Below, piece after piece: positions 22,331 to 32,942 of a stretch of 33,284 nucleotides of DNA. The translations under genes were made by a program, and so were the position numbers. The stretch lies in contig NC_068988.1 of assembly GCF_001194135.2 (NCBI RefSeq), positions 78,088,906 through 78,122,189 on the forward strand. Reading direction: 5' to 3'. Numbering within the stretch: position 1 is the stretch's first letter; each line of letters opens with the position of its first letter. Source of the DNA: Octopus bimaculoides. Its lineage: Eukaryota. Under the pieces are notes generated by a model that searched no databases, was not told where the DNA came from, and saw only the letters and a program-made list of their open reading frames with translations.

Positions 22331-23429
22331 ATATGTTCATGTATGTATGTAATATTCCATTTATTAATATTCATTGCTATTTCCCAAAGTTGGTTCAAGT
22401 TGACCAATTTTATTGATTACAAATTTCAAGTTGACTCAAATTGTTTTACCTGTGTTCTGAATTAATAAAAAGTAGTGTCTGCATATTTTGATCAAATTAT
22501 GAATATTCGCAAACTACTTAAATATACTTAATTTCCAATTAATAAGTCAATAGTCTGAAATAGCATATTAGCTCTAGCTTTCTATATTTATTGAAGGTAA
22601 ATAGTTTTTTCAGACAAGCTATTTATTGCTAATAATGTAATTGTAAATTGTTGCTCAAAGTTCATTAAGTGCCCAAAGAAACATTCTAACTGTCATTTTC
22701 GTATCATTATATATTCCTATTGGTTGAAATATTGACTTTTACACTGGTACAAGGCTACTATACTGTAGGAAAAAAAGGTATAGTTGACTGAATAAACCCC
22801 AGTATATTACAGCTATTTACTGTTGTTTATTGACTCAGCTTCTTTCCCCTCTAGATGGATGAAATGCAGAGTCAGTGCCTGTCTTCACTTGGTACAGAAA
22901 TCAAACCAAAGACATTGAAATAAAAAAACTAAATTCTTTATAGCAGTGACCCAAGTATCCTTGGAAATACTCCCTCATTAAATAGGGTACTCAACTGCTT
23001 GGCAAATATTTTATGATATTCTAGAGAGAAAAGAACAGGAGCCACATCAATGTTAGGCTCATGTAAATGGTGGGGCAAAATAGGGGGATGAACACATGAT
23101 CCATAGTATTAGGTAGTATAAAATAGCATGGTGACTCCTGACCTCAATATTTGTAACAGAGCAAAACCCACTGAAGGTACTCAAGAGTCATGTAGTGGGG
23201 TTAAACAAGGTAACAGATTTGATCTACTACTCATAGGCACAAGGCATTGATGTTACGTAAACAGAAGGTTTCACTCAAACATTTACGAAAATGAAAAAAA
23301 CGAAAAAGATTGTGACCTTCATACCTTCCCCAAAGCTATTAAGCTTCATATTGGAAATGAACTTTTTATTTTAGTCACTGAGTCAGGAAGAAGTAATGGT
23401 GCCCATGATTTTTAGATCTTCCAAAACCA

Positions 23430-23720
23430 ATAAGAGTGGTGCTGTTAATGTCCAATTAAAAGTGTTGCAGCTCAACACCAGCAGAAAAGTCATGGGCAAG
23501 AAGGAAATTCCAGAGAGAAGACAGGGAACAATGGTCAATGAGGGACCAAAGGGGCTGGATACATGGGTGCACCAAGAGTGATAAGAGGTTAAAAGACCAG
23601 TAGATTAGGGGTCACTGAATGAAGGAGGTATGTGACCACCCATTTCAAGGAAGAGCAAGCATTATAGTAGTAACAGGATAGATAAAGAGAGGAGACAACA
23701 CTCCTCTGCAAGTGGTTTAA
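23430..23720 (-). mobile_element. CR1/Jockey-group LINE 3' ORF remnant
   Basis: Minus strand QRSVVSSLYLSCYYYNACSS and LWNFLLAHDFSAGVELQHF resemble the RRxVSSLxLFYRYYNxxCS and LWNxLP..F..F motifs at the end of such ORF2s. Confidence 0.5.
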
Positions 23721-24029
23721 ACACCAATACTAACATAGTATTTCAGTTTGAATATATTTTAATTCAATTATTGAGAAAATAACATGAAATTTTGTTTTCT
23801 AAATTATTTTAATGGATTCAACTATCTTAATATTGGTCATATCAGAGCATGTTATGATGCAAATAAAAGAGAAAATTAAATACAAATATAGTATACATTA
23901 TAAAATATGCTTGTATTGTAAAGAAAGAATCAGTTCTAAATCCTTGATTTTTATACGCACGTGTGTATGTATATAAATCAATTTAATATATATGCATCTA
24001 TGTATATAAACATATATATATCACATATA

Positions 24030-24290
24030 TATCACATGATCGACCGACCGATTGGATATTGTTATACATCACTGCTCACAATGCATTTTACATCATGTTA
24101 GCTTTTGAATGATGCTACCCTGCTGGCTCTGGTGAGCAGGCCAACAATACCCTTGATTGGAAGACTAATTAGTCGCAGGGTCACCCATTTACAGCTGAGT
24201 GGACTGCAGTGACATGAAATGAAGTGTCCAGGAACTGAACCCATGCTTTAGCAACTGTGAGTGCAATACCCTAACCATGAGGCCACATGC
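24030..24290 (-). mobile_element. tRNA-derived SINE (family C), CORE-like
   Basis: Reverse complement: ggcatgtggcctcatggttagggtattgcactcac..gggttcagttcctgg..gtccactcagctgtaaatgggtgacc. Confidence 0.75.
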
Positions 24291-24322
24291 CTTTACACAT
24301 GCACACACACACACACGCACGC

Positions 24323-24354
<32 letters not shown>

Positions 24355-24518
24355 CGATGCTGAACTACTGAAAAATTTGCAGTTATTTTCTCCAGATTAC
24401 AAGTTCATGTTTATACCTGTAATTAGTGGGGCACTAGGATATGTAATACATTGCCTAAATACCAATCTTGAGAAATTAGTCTTCTCAAAACCAGAAAGGG
24501 AAAAACTGAATGATAACA

Positions 24519-24560
<42 letters not shown>

Positions 24561-24641
24561 TGTGTGCGTGTGTATCTACGGATCCAAGCCATCATGGGAA
24601 CTGTAAAAATCTGTAAAACCTTCCAAAAGTTTATCATTTAA
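24355..24641 (+). mobile_element. R4/Dong-like LINE 3' end, interrupted by a (GT)n-containing insert
   Basis: ELLKNLQLFSPDYKFMFIPVISGALGYV..EREKL [insert ~24510-24577] RIQAIMGTVKICKTFQKFII*; homologous to 2640-2823. Confidence 0.8.
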
Positions 24642-24779
24642 GTATAAATCAATTTGATATATATGCATCTTTGCCTAGATATACAAGTATATGCATGAGA
24701 TGACATACATAAAAGAAAACATACAAATCTGCACACATACATACATTACATACAAAAATAAACTGAATAATGACATACA

Positions 24780-24816
<37 letters not shown>

Positions 24817-25482
24817 CTCTGTTTTATGTTATCAATGTGCTTCTATAATAGCAGTGAGATTTCCTTTGATTCACACCCAGCTATCATATTAACAAATAGA
24901 TATTTGGCTAGCTTACAGCTCATGACCATGACCTACATTCCTATTGGTAACAAGTCAACTGTGGAGAAAATATGGATCAAGCAAGACAATATATACTGCT
25001 GAGAGAAAGGCTGCAGATCATGTGATCAGAAATCTTATACTTTAGCTTACAGCCATTATAGTTTTTGCATTGTATCTCACATATAATAGAACGCAATATG
25101 TTCCACACTCTGATTACATCAGTAGAGGAAAACTAAAACAACAAATGAAGAAGGAGTGACTAACAGTCAGAAATGCTGAATTCAGGTGGACTGTAGCGAG
25201 AGGTTTTGTACTGAAATCACTGGTATTTTAATCAAAATGAAATCGCAAATTTTCACTGTAAATTATATTTAATTTATTAATTCCACACACATACACACAC
25301 ATGCATGTATACTTGCACATATGCACATGCACACACACACACACACACACAAATATATGATGGTTGCTCCTCTTGATTTCAATGTATGAGTGTTTGAAGG
25401 AGAAGATTTAAAGGTAAAGAAAATAATAAAAAGAGGGAAAAGAAAAACAACTTTAAAAAAATCAAAAACTAAGATGTTGCAT

Positions 25483-25690
25483 CTATTTGCAATAGATGTG
25501 TGAATGTAATTTAAGTCCAGGTATAGACTTTGTTATGAAGTTGCAATGGGGACATTGATGATTTTGATTTTGTCTGGGATTGGGAAAATATGTCTGTTGG
25601 TTGCAGAATGCAATTCTTCTATTCTTCTTAGGTATTTGTTTTCTTTTTGCAAATTCTTGATGTGAAAACATGTGTTGAAACATATTATTA
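25483..25690 (-). mobile_element. Probable LINE C-terminal C2H2-type zinc finger remnant
   Basis: HQCPHCNFITKSIPGLKLHSHIYCK* resembles the RTE-type terminal finger at ~19080-19148. Confidence 0.45.
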
Positions 25691-25702
25691 TACTTTGGGA
25701 TT

Positions 25703-25915
25703 AGGTGGCAAGTTGCCAGAATCATCAGTACACTGAGCAAAATGCTTGGCTGCATTTCGTTCATTTTTACATTCTGACTTCAAATTCTGCTGAGGTAGAC
25801 TTTGCCTTTCATCATTTTGGAGTTGATAAAATAAGTACCAACTGATTACTGGAATTGATATAATTGACTTACTCACTCTCCCCAAAATTGCTGGCCTTGT
25901 ACCAAATATTTGATA
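25703..25915 (+). mobile_element. SINE family B (CORE-like)
   Basis: ggtggcaagttgccagaatcatcagtac..ttcaaattctgctgaggtagactttgcctttcatcattttggagttgataaaataagtacc..ccaaaattgctggccttgtacc. Confidence 0.85.
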
Positions 25916-26576
25916 ACATTATACTTTGGGATGGTCATTAGTTTTGCATTGTATCTCACATGTAATGAAATGCAATCTGTTTCACACTCCAATTACATCA
26001 GGAGAGGGAAACAAAAATAACAAATGAAGAGAGAGTGAGTAACAATTAAAAATGCTATAGTGGAATGCTTGAATTTGTCCTTTAAATACTTTTCAGTATG
26101 TTGGTGCACTCACCAAACCATGACATCTAAGCTGCCTGTTGATTGGTTAAAATACAGTTTGTAAGATAGAGCTTACTAGAACTTACTGGAAAGTAAGAAA
26201 CAGAAATAAATTTATTTCTCAAACGCGTGATAATCCTATAAATAGCGTGATCAGGATAAATTATCCATATAATGCAGAAAAATACGTTACTGGCCAGCCA
26301 TGAGACTCAAACTCACATCTCTGTTGGAAAGTATTTAAAGGACAAATTCAGGCATTCCACTCTAGTTATCAATTGTGAAACATAACTGTCCAGTAATACT
26401 GCCAATTGTGAAAAGCATTAACGTATCACATGTAATATTTTAAAATGATAAAATTATGAAAAATGCATAAATAAAGTGCAAAAATCAAATTATGTTGGAA
26501 TTTCATTGACTTATATATTTACCTATACACAATCATACAAATTCTAAGATATATATACATATATATATATATATAN

Positions 26577-27230
26577 NNNNNNNNNNNNNNNNNNNNNNNN
26601 NNNNNNNNNNNNNNNNNNNNNNNNNNNNNNNNNNNNNNNNNNNNNNNNNNNNNNNNNNNNNNNNNNNNNNNNNNNNNNNNNNNNNNNNNNNNNNNNNNNN
26701 NNNNNNNNNNNNNNNNNNNNNNNNNNNNNNNNNNNNNNNNNNNNNNNNNNNNNNNNNNNNNNNNNNNNNNNNNNNNNNNNNNNNNNNNNNNNNNNNNNNN
26801 NNNNNNNNNNNNNNNNNNNNNNNNNNNNNNNNNNNNNNNNNNNNNNNNNNNNNNNNNNNNNNNNNNNNNNNNNNNNNNNNNNNNNNNNNNNNNNNNNNNN
26901 NNNNNNNNNNNNNNNNNNNNNNNNNNNNNNNNNNNNNNNNNNNNNNNNNNNNNNNNNNNNNNNNNNNNNNNNNNNNNNNNNNNNNNNNNNNNNNNNNNNN
27001 NNNNNNNNNNNNNNNNNNNNNNNNNNNNNNNNNNNNNNNNNNNNNNNNNNNNNNNNNNNNNNNNNNNNNNNNNNNNNNNNNNNNNNNNNNNNNNNNNNNN
27101 NNNNNNNNNNNNNNNNNNNNNNNNNNNNNNNNNNNNNNNNNNNNNNNNNNNNNNNNNNNNNNNNNNNNNNNNNNNNNNNNNNNNNNNNNNNNNNNNNNNN
27201 NNNNNNNNNNNNNNNNNNNNNNNNNNNNNN
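26577..27230. other. Assembly gap (N run, limits approximate)
   Basis: Run of N flanked by (TA)n. Confidence 1.
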
Positions 27231-27251
27231 ATATATATATATATATATATA

Positions 27252-27662
27252 CGGGGTATCAGATGTAGCGTGCAAGAGAGAAGACTGCACTAGTATGGTC
27301 ATGTGATGCATATGGTTGAAGACAGCTGCATAAAGAAATGCTGATCTCTAATTGTAGTGGGAACCTGTGGAAGGGTTAGACTCAGGAAGACATGGGACAA
27401 AGTGGTGAAATGTGATCTCCAGATGTTGAGTTACATGGAGGCAATGACAAGTGACCAAGACTTCTAGCAAATTGCTGTGCTTGAGAAAACATGTCAAGCT
27501 AAAAGAAATCATGCTTGTGGCCAGTGTCAGTGCCACATGAAAGGTACCCATACCGGTGACACATGAAGGGCATCCATCAAAAACTGACTGGAGCCTGGCA
27601 CAGCTCTCTGGCTTACTAGCTCCAGTCAAACCATCTAAACTATACCAGCATGGAGAACAGAT
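27252..27662 (+). mobile_element. RTE-like LINE RT C-terminus and 3' UTR fragment
   Basis: GIRCSVQERRLH*YGHVMHM.EDSCIKKC..GTCGR.R.RKTWDKVV followed by actggagcctggcacagc..ccagtcaaaccatc..ccagcatggag. Confidence 0.85.
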
Positions 27663-28038
27663 ATGTATAAATACATACATACAGGGTGTGGTGAATAAAT
27701 TGTCATCTAAATTATGCAAAAATGAAAGTAACACTGACATTTCATTTTAACAGATATATTTACCAAAATTACAAATAAATATCTTGAAATACTAAAGAGT
27801 AAACTTATTCAATAGAATTGTCAACCATGGCCCCCAGACGACGACTTTGGAATCTCCTGCAACTCTTCTGGACGGCCTCCTTGTTTAAGTTGGTGAATGC
27901 TGCCATAATTCTTGCCTTCAGTTCATCTTTGGTGTTACAAGGAGTTTTGTTGGTTTCTCGCTCAACTGCGCCCCACACATAATAATCAAGGGGGTTGCAG
28001 TCTGGGGAGTTAGGTGGCCAGATGTTAGGGGGTGATGT

Positions 28039-29480
28039 CATCAACATCATCATCATCATCATCATCATTGTCTAACGTTCGTTTTCCATGCTGGCATGGG
28101 TTGGATGGTTTGACTGAGGTCTGGAAAGCCGGTGGCTGAACCAGGCTCCAGTCTAATCTGGCATTGTTTCTGCAGTTGAATGCCTTTCTTTACACCAACC
28201 ATTCTGAGAGTGTAGTGGGTGCTTTTTACGTGCCACTAGCACAGGAGCCAGTCAGGTGGACCTGGCATCAATCAAGTGTGGATAGTGCTTTTTACATCCC
28301 ACCAGCATGGAAACCAGTCAGGAGGTACTGGCATCAGCCACGTTCGGATGCTTCTTTTTCCATACCACCAGCACAGGAGCCAGTCAAGGGTCACTGGCAT
28401 CGACCATGTTCAGATGATGCATTTTATGTGCCACCGGAATGGGAGCCAGTCAGGGGCCACTGGCACCAGCTGTGATTTTGGTTTTACTTGACTCAACAGG
28501 TCTTCTCAAGCATATCATATCACCTGATGCATCAAGGGTACTCTTAAATGGGACAGACATGCAACACTGGCATTGGCCATGGCTGTGATCTCACTTTAAT
28601 TTCCAGGTCTTCTCAATAACAGCATATCTCCAAAGATCTTGGTCTCCTGTCTTGGTCTCCTGCCCAATGTTCAAAGGTCATGCTTCACCATCCCATCCCA
28701 TGTCTTCCTGGGTCTACCTCTTCCATAGGTTCCTTCCACAGTTAGGGAATGATACTTCCTCACACAGCTGTCCACATCCATATGTAACACATGACCATAC
28801 CAGCACAGTCGTCTCTCTTGCACACCATATTTGATGCTTCTTATGTCCAACTTTTCTCTCAGGGCACTTACACTCTGTCATGTATGCACACTGACATTAC
28901 ACATCCAGCGGATCATACTAGCTTCATTTCTTTCAAGCCTACACATGTCCTCAGCATGTTTCACTGTTTGCACACATGCAGTTTGCACACATGCATCATA
29001 CAGTCTACCTTTCATCCTGAGTGACAGGCCAGGCCAGCGAGAGGCCTTAGTTGCCAACAGAGGTAGGAGCTCCCTGAACTTTGCCCAAGCTAGTCTTATT
29101 CTAGCCGCTACACTCTCAGAGCAACCACTCCCACAACAGACTTGGTTGCCTAGGTAGCAGAAGCTATTAACTACTTCTAGTTTTTCTCCCTGGCATGTGA
29201 TAGAATCTGTTTTCTGTACATCGTCAATGTTTATTGTTCCTGTGCATCTGCCACAAACAAAAACTATCTTCCCAGTTAAATTTCCTTTCATATTGCTGAA
29301 CCATATGTGTCCATAGCTTACACCGGGTACAACATATGGAGTTTCTACCCACGCTTTTTCTACAGATCGAGCAGAGCCATCTACCTGAAGGGGTTTGTGA
29401 TTTGTCAGCCTTCCTATTTACTAAGACTTTAGTTTTTGCTAGGTTGACTCTAAAACCCTTTGATTCTAAACCTTGCTTCT
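28039..29480 (-). mobile_element. 5'-truncated RTE-like LINE with (GAT)n tail inserted in the maT transposase
   Basis: KQGLESKGFRVNLAKTKVL..WLCSICRK.VGRNSI..VFVCGRC..LEVVNSFCYLGNQV..RLAWAKFRELLP (ORF 28878-29291), 3' UTR with tandem repeats, tail (cat)n at 28039-28068. Confidence 0.92.
28219..28475. repeat. Four tandem copies of a diverged 66-bp unit in the LINE 3' UTR
   Basis: Units start at about 28219, 28285, 28351 and 28417; shared motif ttttacgtgccac..gcacaggagccagtcagg..actggcatc. Confidence 0.9.
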
Positions 29481-30071
29481 TGCAAAAATTGTCTGACAGC
29501 CATGACTGGGTTCTCCTACTTGTGTGGCATGGTGCAGAGTCCTGTTGCTAGACATAGGGTTTTCCAGCAGCCACCCTCTTGACCCAGGGCAGCACTACCT
29601 CCTTCAGGCACTTGATGTAGGCCTCCACATTGAATATGAGGCTGTGTGGGAAGATGAATGGAGACATTACGTTGCCATCACTAGTGATCACGCCAAACAC
29701 CATAATGTTGACTTGTTTTGGGGACACAGCAAGCCAGTAGTTGTTCTGTGTGTTCACATCTGATCCTGGCAGAATTTTTTCTCATCTGAGAGAAACCAAA
29801 GCATATTTGGTTGGAGGGGATGCTTGAGTTTGTTTAAAAGCTTCATAGTACAGTCTTTCTTCTTGTCCTTTGTGGCTTGGGATAAAAATTGGCCCTTTCT
29901 AATCTTGCATGAGGAATACCAAATGTCTTCATGCACTACCTGCCTGATAAGAAACTCAGACACTCCCATGTTCCTGCCGATGAACCTGATTGATTGGAGG
30001 GATCATTGTCAATCATGGCCTGGATCTCACCAACAAATTCAGGAGTTCTTTACATATCAGAATGATTAGAG

Positions 30072-30756
30072 CAGTGGTGGCTCGTGTATAGGCACTGTGG
30101 AACTGCAGCACCCCCTATTTCAACTCGATATTATCAATAACATTCAATATAATGAGTCCTTTTTTTTATTTAATTCATTCTTTATACTTGTACATTATAC
30201 AATCCTTAAGCTTAGTGTCAGTAGCCATTCCCTAGTTTTTGATGAAAAAACAAAAATCCTTCTATAGAACTGTGCACTTCACAGTTCCAGCAATGTGGTG
30301 TTTGGTTGTTGTCTGAGATAGGAAGCTTCATGCTAGGGAGAGAGAGAGCTCTGTCGTTCATGCAGTGCCAACTCCAGTGTGCTGGTGAAAGGTAGTGTTT
30401 CTTTTTGAATCCGTGTGTGTTGTGCATATTTATATTCTTGAATGCGATAAAGTGTAGAATTAGATTATTATCGTGCTTCCAGCTTCAGTGTTGCCACCAG
30501 GATTTGCAAAATAGGGTACATTTTCATCCCTTATTTAATGATTTAGAGGGTATTTTTGAAAAACAAGGGGGAATTCGTGGCAGTGTTCAGTGAACAAATT
30601 AAACACATTACCTGGCAGTGGCTAAAACGCGAACCAATCAAGTTTACGTATAAATTTTCTTTTTATATGTTTGTTTCCTTTTCCAGAATATTAAAACAAT
30701 AGCTAAAAATTTTCTGAAGCAGTACTCCCACTAATTTTACCTACAAGCTGCCACTG
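30072..30756. mobile_element. Non-autonomous hAT element (685 bp)
   Basis: TIRs cagtggtggctcgt / reverse complement cagtggcagcttgt; perfect 8-bp TSD gattagag at 30064-71 and 30757-64; maT sequence resumes on both sides. Confidence 0.9.
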
Positions 30757-31036
30757 GATTAGAGTTTTCTGAGCTGCCTTACCTTTGCAATCACCATTAG
30801 ACTCATCCAACCCTTTCCGAATCCTCTGCACTGTTTTCAGATTGACATCCAAACACTCTGAAATGTTAGTATTGGAGCTTCTGGCATGAATGCCAAGCAG
30901 TACAGCATGTCATTTCCAAATTTCTGGCATATTGGGTAGTTGACAAAATCACATACAAACAATGCACATGTGCAAAATTAAAAGCATAAAACGGTGACAA
31001 TTTACCCATCGCATCCTCTATACACACACACACATG

Positions 31037-31076
<40 letters not shown>

Positions 31077-31097
31077 ATATATATATACAGTGAGGAC

Positions 31098-31370
31098 ACA
31101 TGGCCAAGTGTTTGGGGATATTGCACTCATGATCATCCAATCAAGGTTTTAATTCCTAGAACAGGTGATATGTTGTGTTCTTGAATTAACCACTTCATCT
31201 CATGTTGCTCTGCAATCACTTTGAGAACCTCTTCAGATAACGTCGATTTGATGGAGTGAGTGAGCCATTGTACAGCACATACATTTGATCACTATAAACA
31301 AACCATTTGTGCAGGTCGTTTTGGCAAAAAGCTGAACACTCATACATTGTCTTCAATGAGAGAGTCCATT
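31098..31370 (+). mobile_element. tRNA-derived SINE (family D)
   Basis: gacacatggccaagtgtttggggatattgcactcatgatc..ggttttaattccta (tRNA-like head) then gtcgatttgatggag..catttgatcactataaacaaa. Confidence 0.7.
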
Positions 31371-32384
31371 ATATACCATACATATATATAATACAAATAC
31401 ATATGTGTGTATGTATACACATACACACAAGATGAGTTAACCAGCATTGCACAAGGAAAAAAATTAGAACAACAAATTGAAATGGTAAAATAGCTTTCTC
31501 AGCAAATTACTCAGTAAGTTGACCAAATCTGGGATGGGAGAAAATAATAAACATTTAATCAAAGATTTATTTGAAATCAGAAATTACAATATCTCCCAAA
31601 GGAGAATTTATGTAGATATCAATAGCTCTTCCTCCACCTGAGCATCATATGCACTGTCGAGAGAAGAAATCTTGTAATTTCAGGCCAACAACTTTCAGTG
31701 TTTGTCTCTGAATTCTTGGGGAAATTTCATGTGCATAAACTTAAATGATATTTTTATAATTCAGGGTATCCTAGAAATAAAAGTATCTTCTATTTTAACA
31801 GACCCAGTTTGAATTTATGCTTCAATGATGTGAAGCTGTAATGCCTTTATTTTTAAGCTAGCATCATTAGAGAGCTGATGCTAGCTTAGAAGTACAAGGG
31901 AAGCTCCATCTTAAGTTGGTGATGCAGCAATCTGAGAGATTCGAAAGAATTTAGAAATTCTGTTGGAAAGCAAACAACTTTATTTTGATCAATAACTGTA
32001 TCAACTGGAAGGAATGTTTTTACTACAATTTTATTGTTGAGAAAGCATAAAAGTACATATATTTAAAATGATAACATTATTGTTTAACTTAATTATAAAT
32101 AAATCAGCCATCTGAAACCCCTGCAACATAACCGCTTGCTTACATATCTTTATAAGGAAGCTGTGAACTCTCTAATATAAGGGAATAAATTTTAATCCTT
32201 TCCTCTGTTATTTATTTACATTGTTATTAGCAATAATGATAAATTATCAATTTATTAATTAAATACTACACAAAGAACAAAATAAATAACATCATTAATC
32301 TTTGGCAAAAGAACCTAATATTATGCAGTTATTTTAAAATTAATAAGTTCAGCCATTTGATTTTCTATAGCAACAAACTTAATG

Positions 32385-32470
32385 CGCGTGTGTGCGTGTG
32401 TGCGTGTGCGTGAGCACGTGTGCGTGTGTGCGTGTGTGTACTTGTATGTACACACTCACACACACACACA
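32385..32470. repeat. (GCGTGT)n/(CA)n microsatellite
   Basis: Directly visible. Confidence 0.9.
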
Positions 32471-32589
32471 TAAAAAAAATGGGATGACAAAGGAATAAAT
32501 GATTATCTTATGAACTGCATTAGCTTACAGCTGTTTCTGCAATGAGATGCAGTGGACTCATAGTCGAATGCCTGAATAATGTCTTATAC

Positions 32590-32900
32590 CTTCTACTATA
32601 GCCTCATGCCTTGTGAGTGGATTTGGTAAATGGAAACTGAAGGAAGCCAGTTGCATATATATTTATATGTGTGTGCATATGTTTTGGTGTCTGTGTTTGT
32701 CCCCCACCACCACTTGACAACCAGTGTTGGTATCTTTATGTCCCCATAACATAGCAGTTAGGTGGAAGAGTCCAATAGAATAAGTACCAAGATTTAACAA
32801 AAATAAGTACTGAGGTCAGTTTGTTCCACTAAAGTGCTTCAAAGTGTTGGCCCAGCATGACCACTAATGACTGAAACAAGTAAAAGATTAAAAAGATAAA
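32590..32900 (+). mobile_element. SINE family A, 5'-truncated
   Basis: cttctactatagcctc..ccttgtgagtggatttggta..gaataagtacc..ccagcatgacc..gaaacaagtaaaagattaaaaaga. Confidence 0.88.
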
Positions 32901-32942
32901 TATGGTTGAGAGATATATATATCTAATTATTGTTCTACTTAC

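Larger units (their letters stand above)
27682..31018 (-). mobile_element. maT (DD37D) Tc1/mariner transposon split by two insertions
   Basis: TIRs cagggtgtggtgaataaattgtc / gacaatttacccatcgcatcctc (17 of 23 match) with TA flanks. Minus strand: N-terminus 30760-30930, FLSDEKKF, QQDSAPCH..DNFC and (DH)ITPNIWPPNSPDCNPLDYYVW. Spacing is 37 aa if two residues lost at the LINE junction are restored. Confidence 0.88.

Noticed and set aside
22730-22920. Possible further SINE family B copy
   Set aside because: Too degraded to delimit with confidence.
26195-26232. 18-bp palindrome agaaataaatttatttct followed by caaacgcgt
   Set aside because: No CUGANGA and no stem I; AT-rich palindromes arise easily.
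28219-28475. CRISPR-like array
   Set aside because: Whole 66-bp units are homologous, with no unique spacers; the array lies in a eukaryotic LINE 3' UTR.
31601-31625. Minus-strand IDIYINSP resembling ClpP YINSPGG
   Set aside because: Short match bounded by stops, GG is absent and there is no surrounding similarity.
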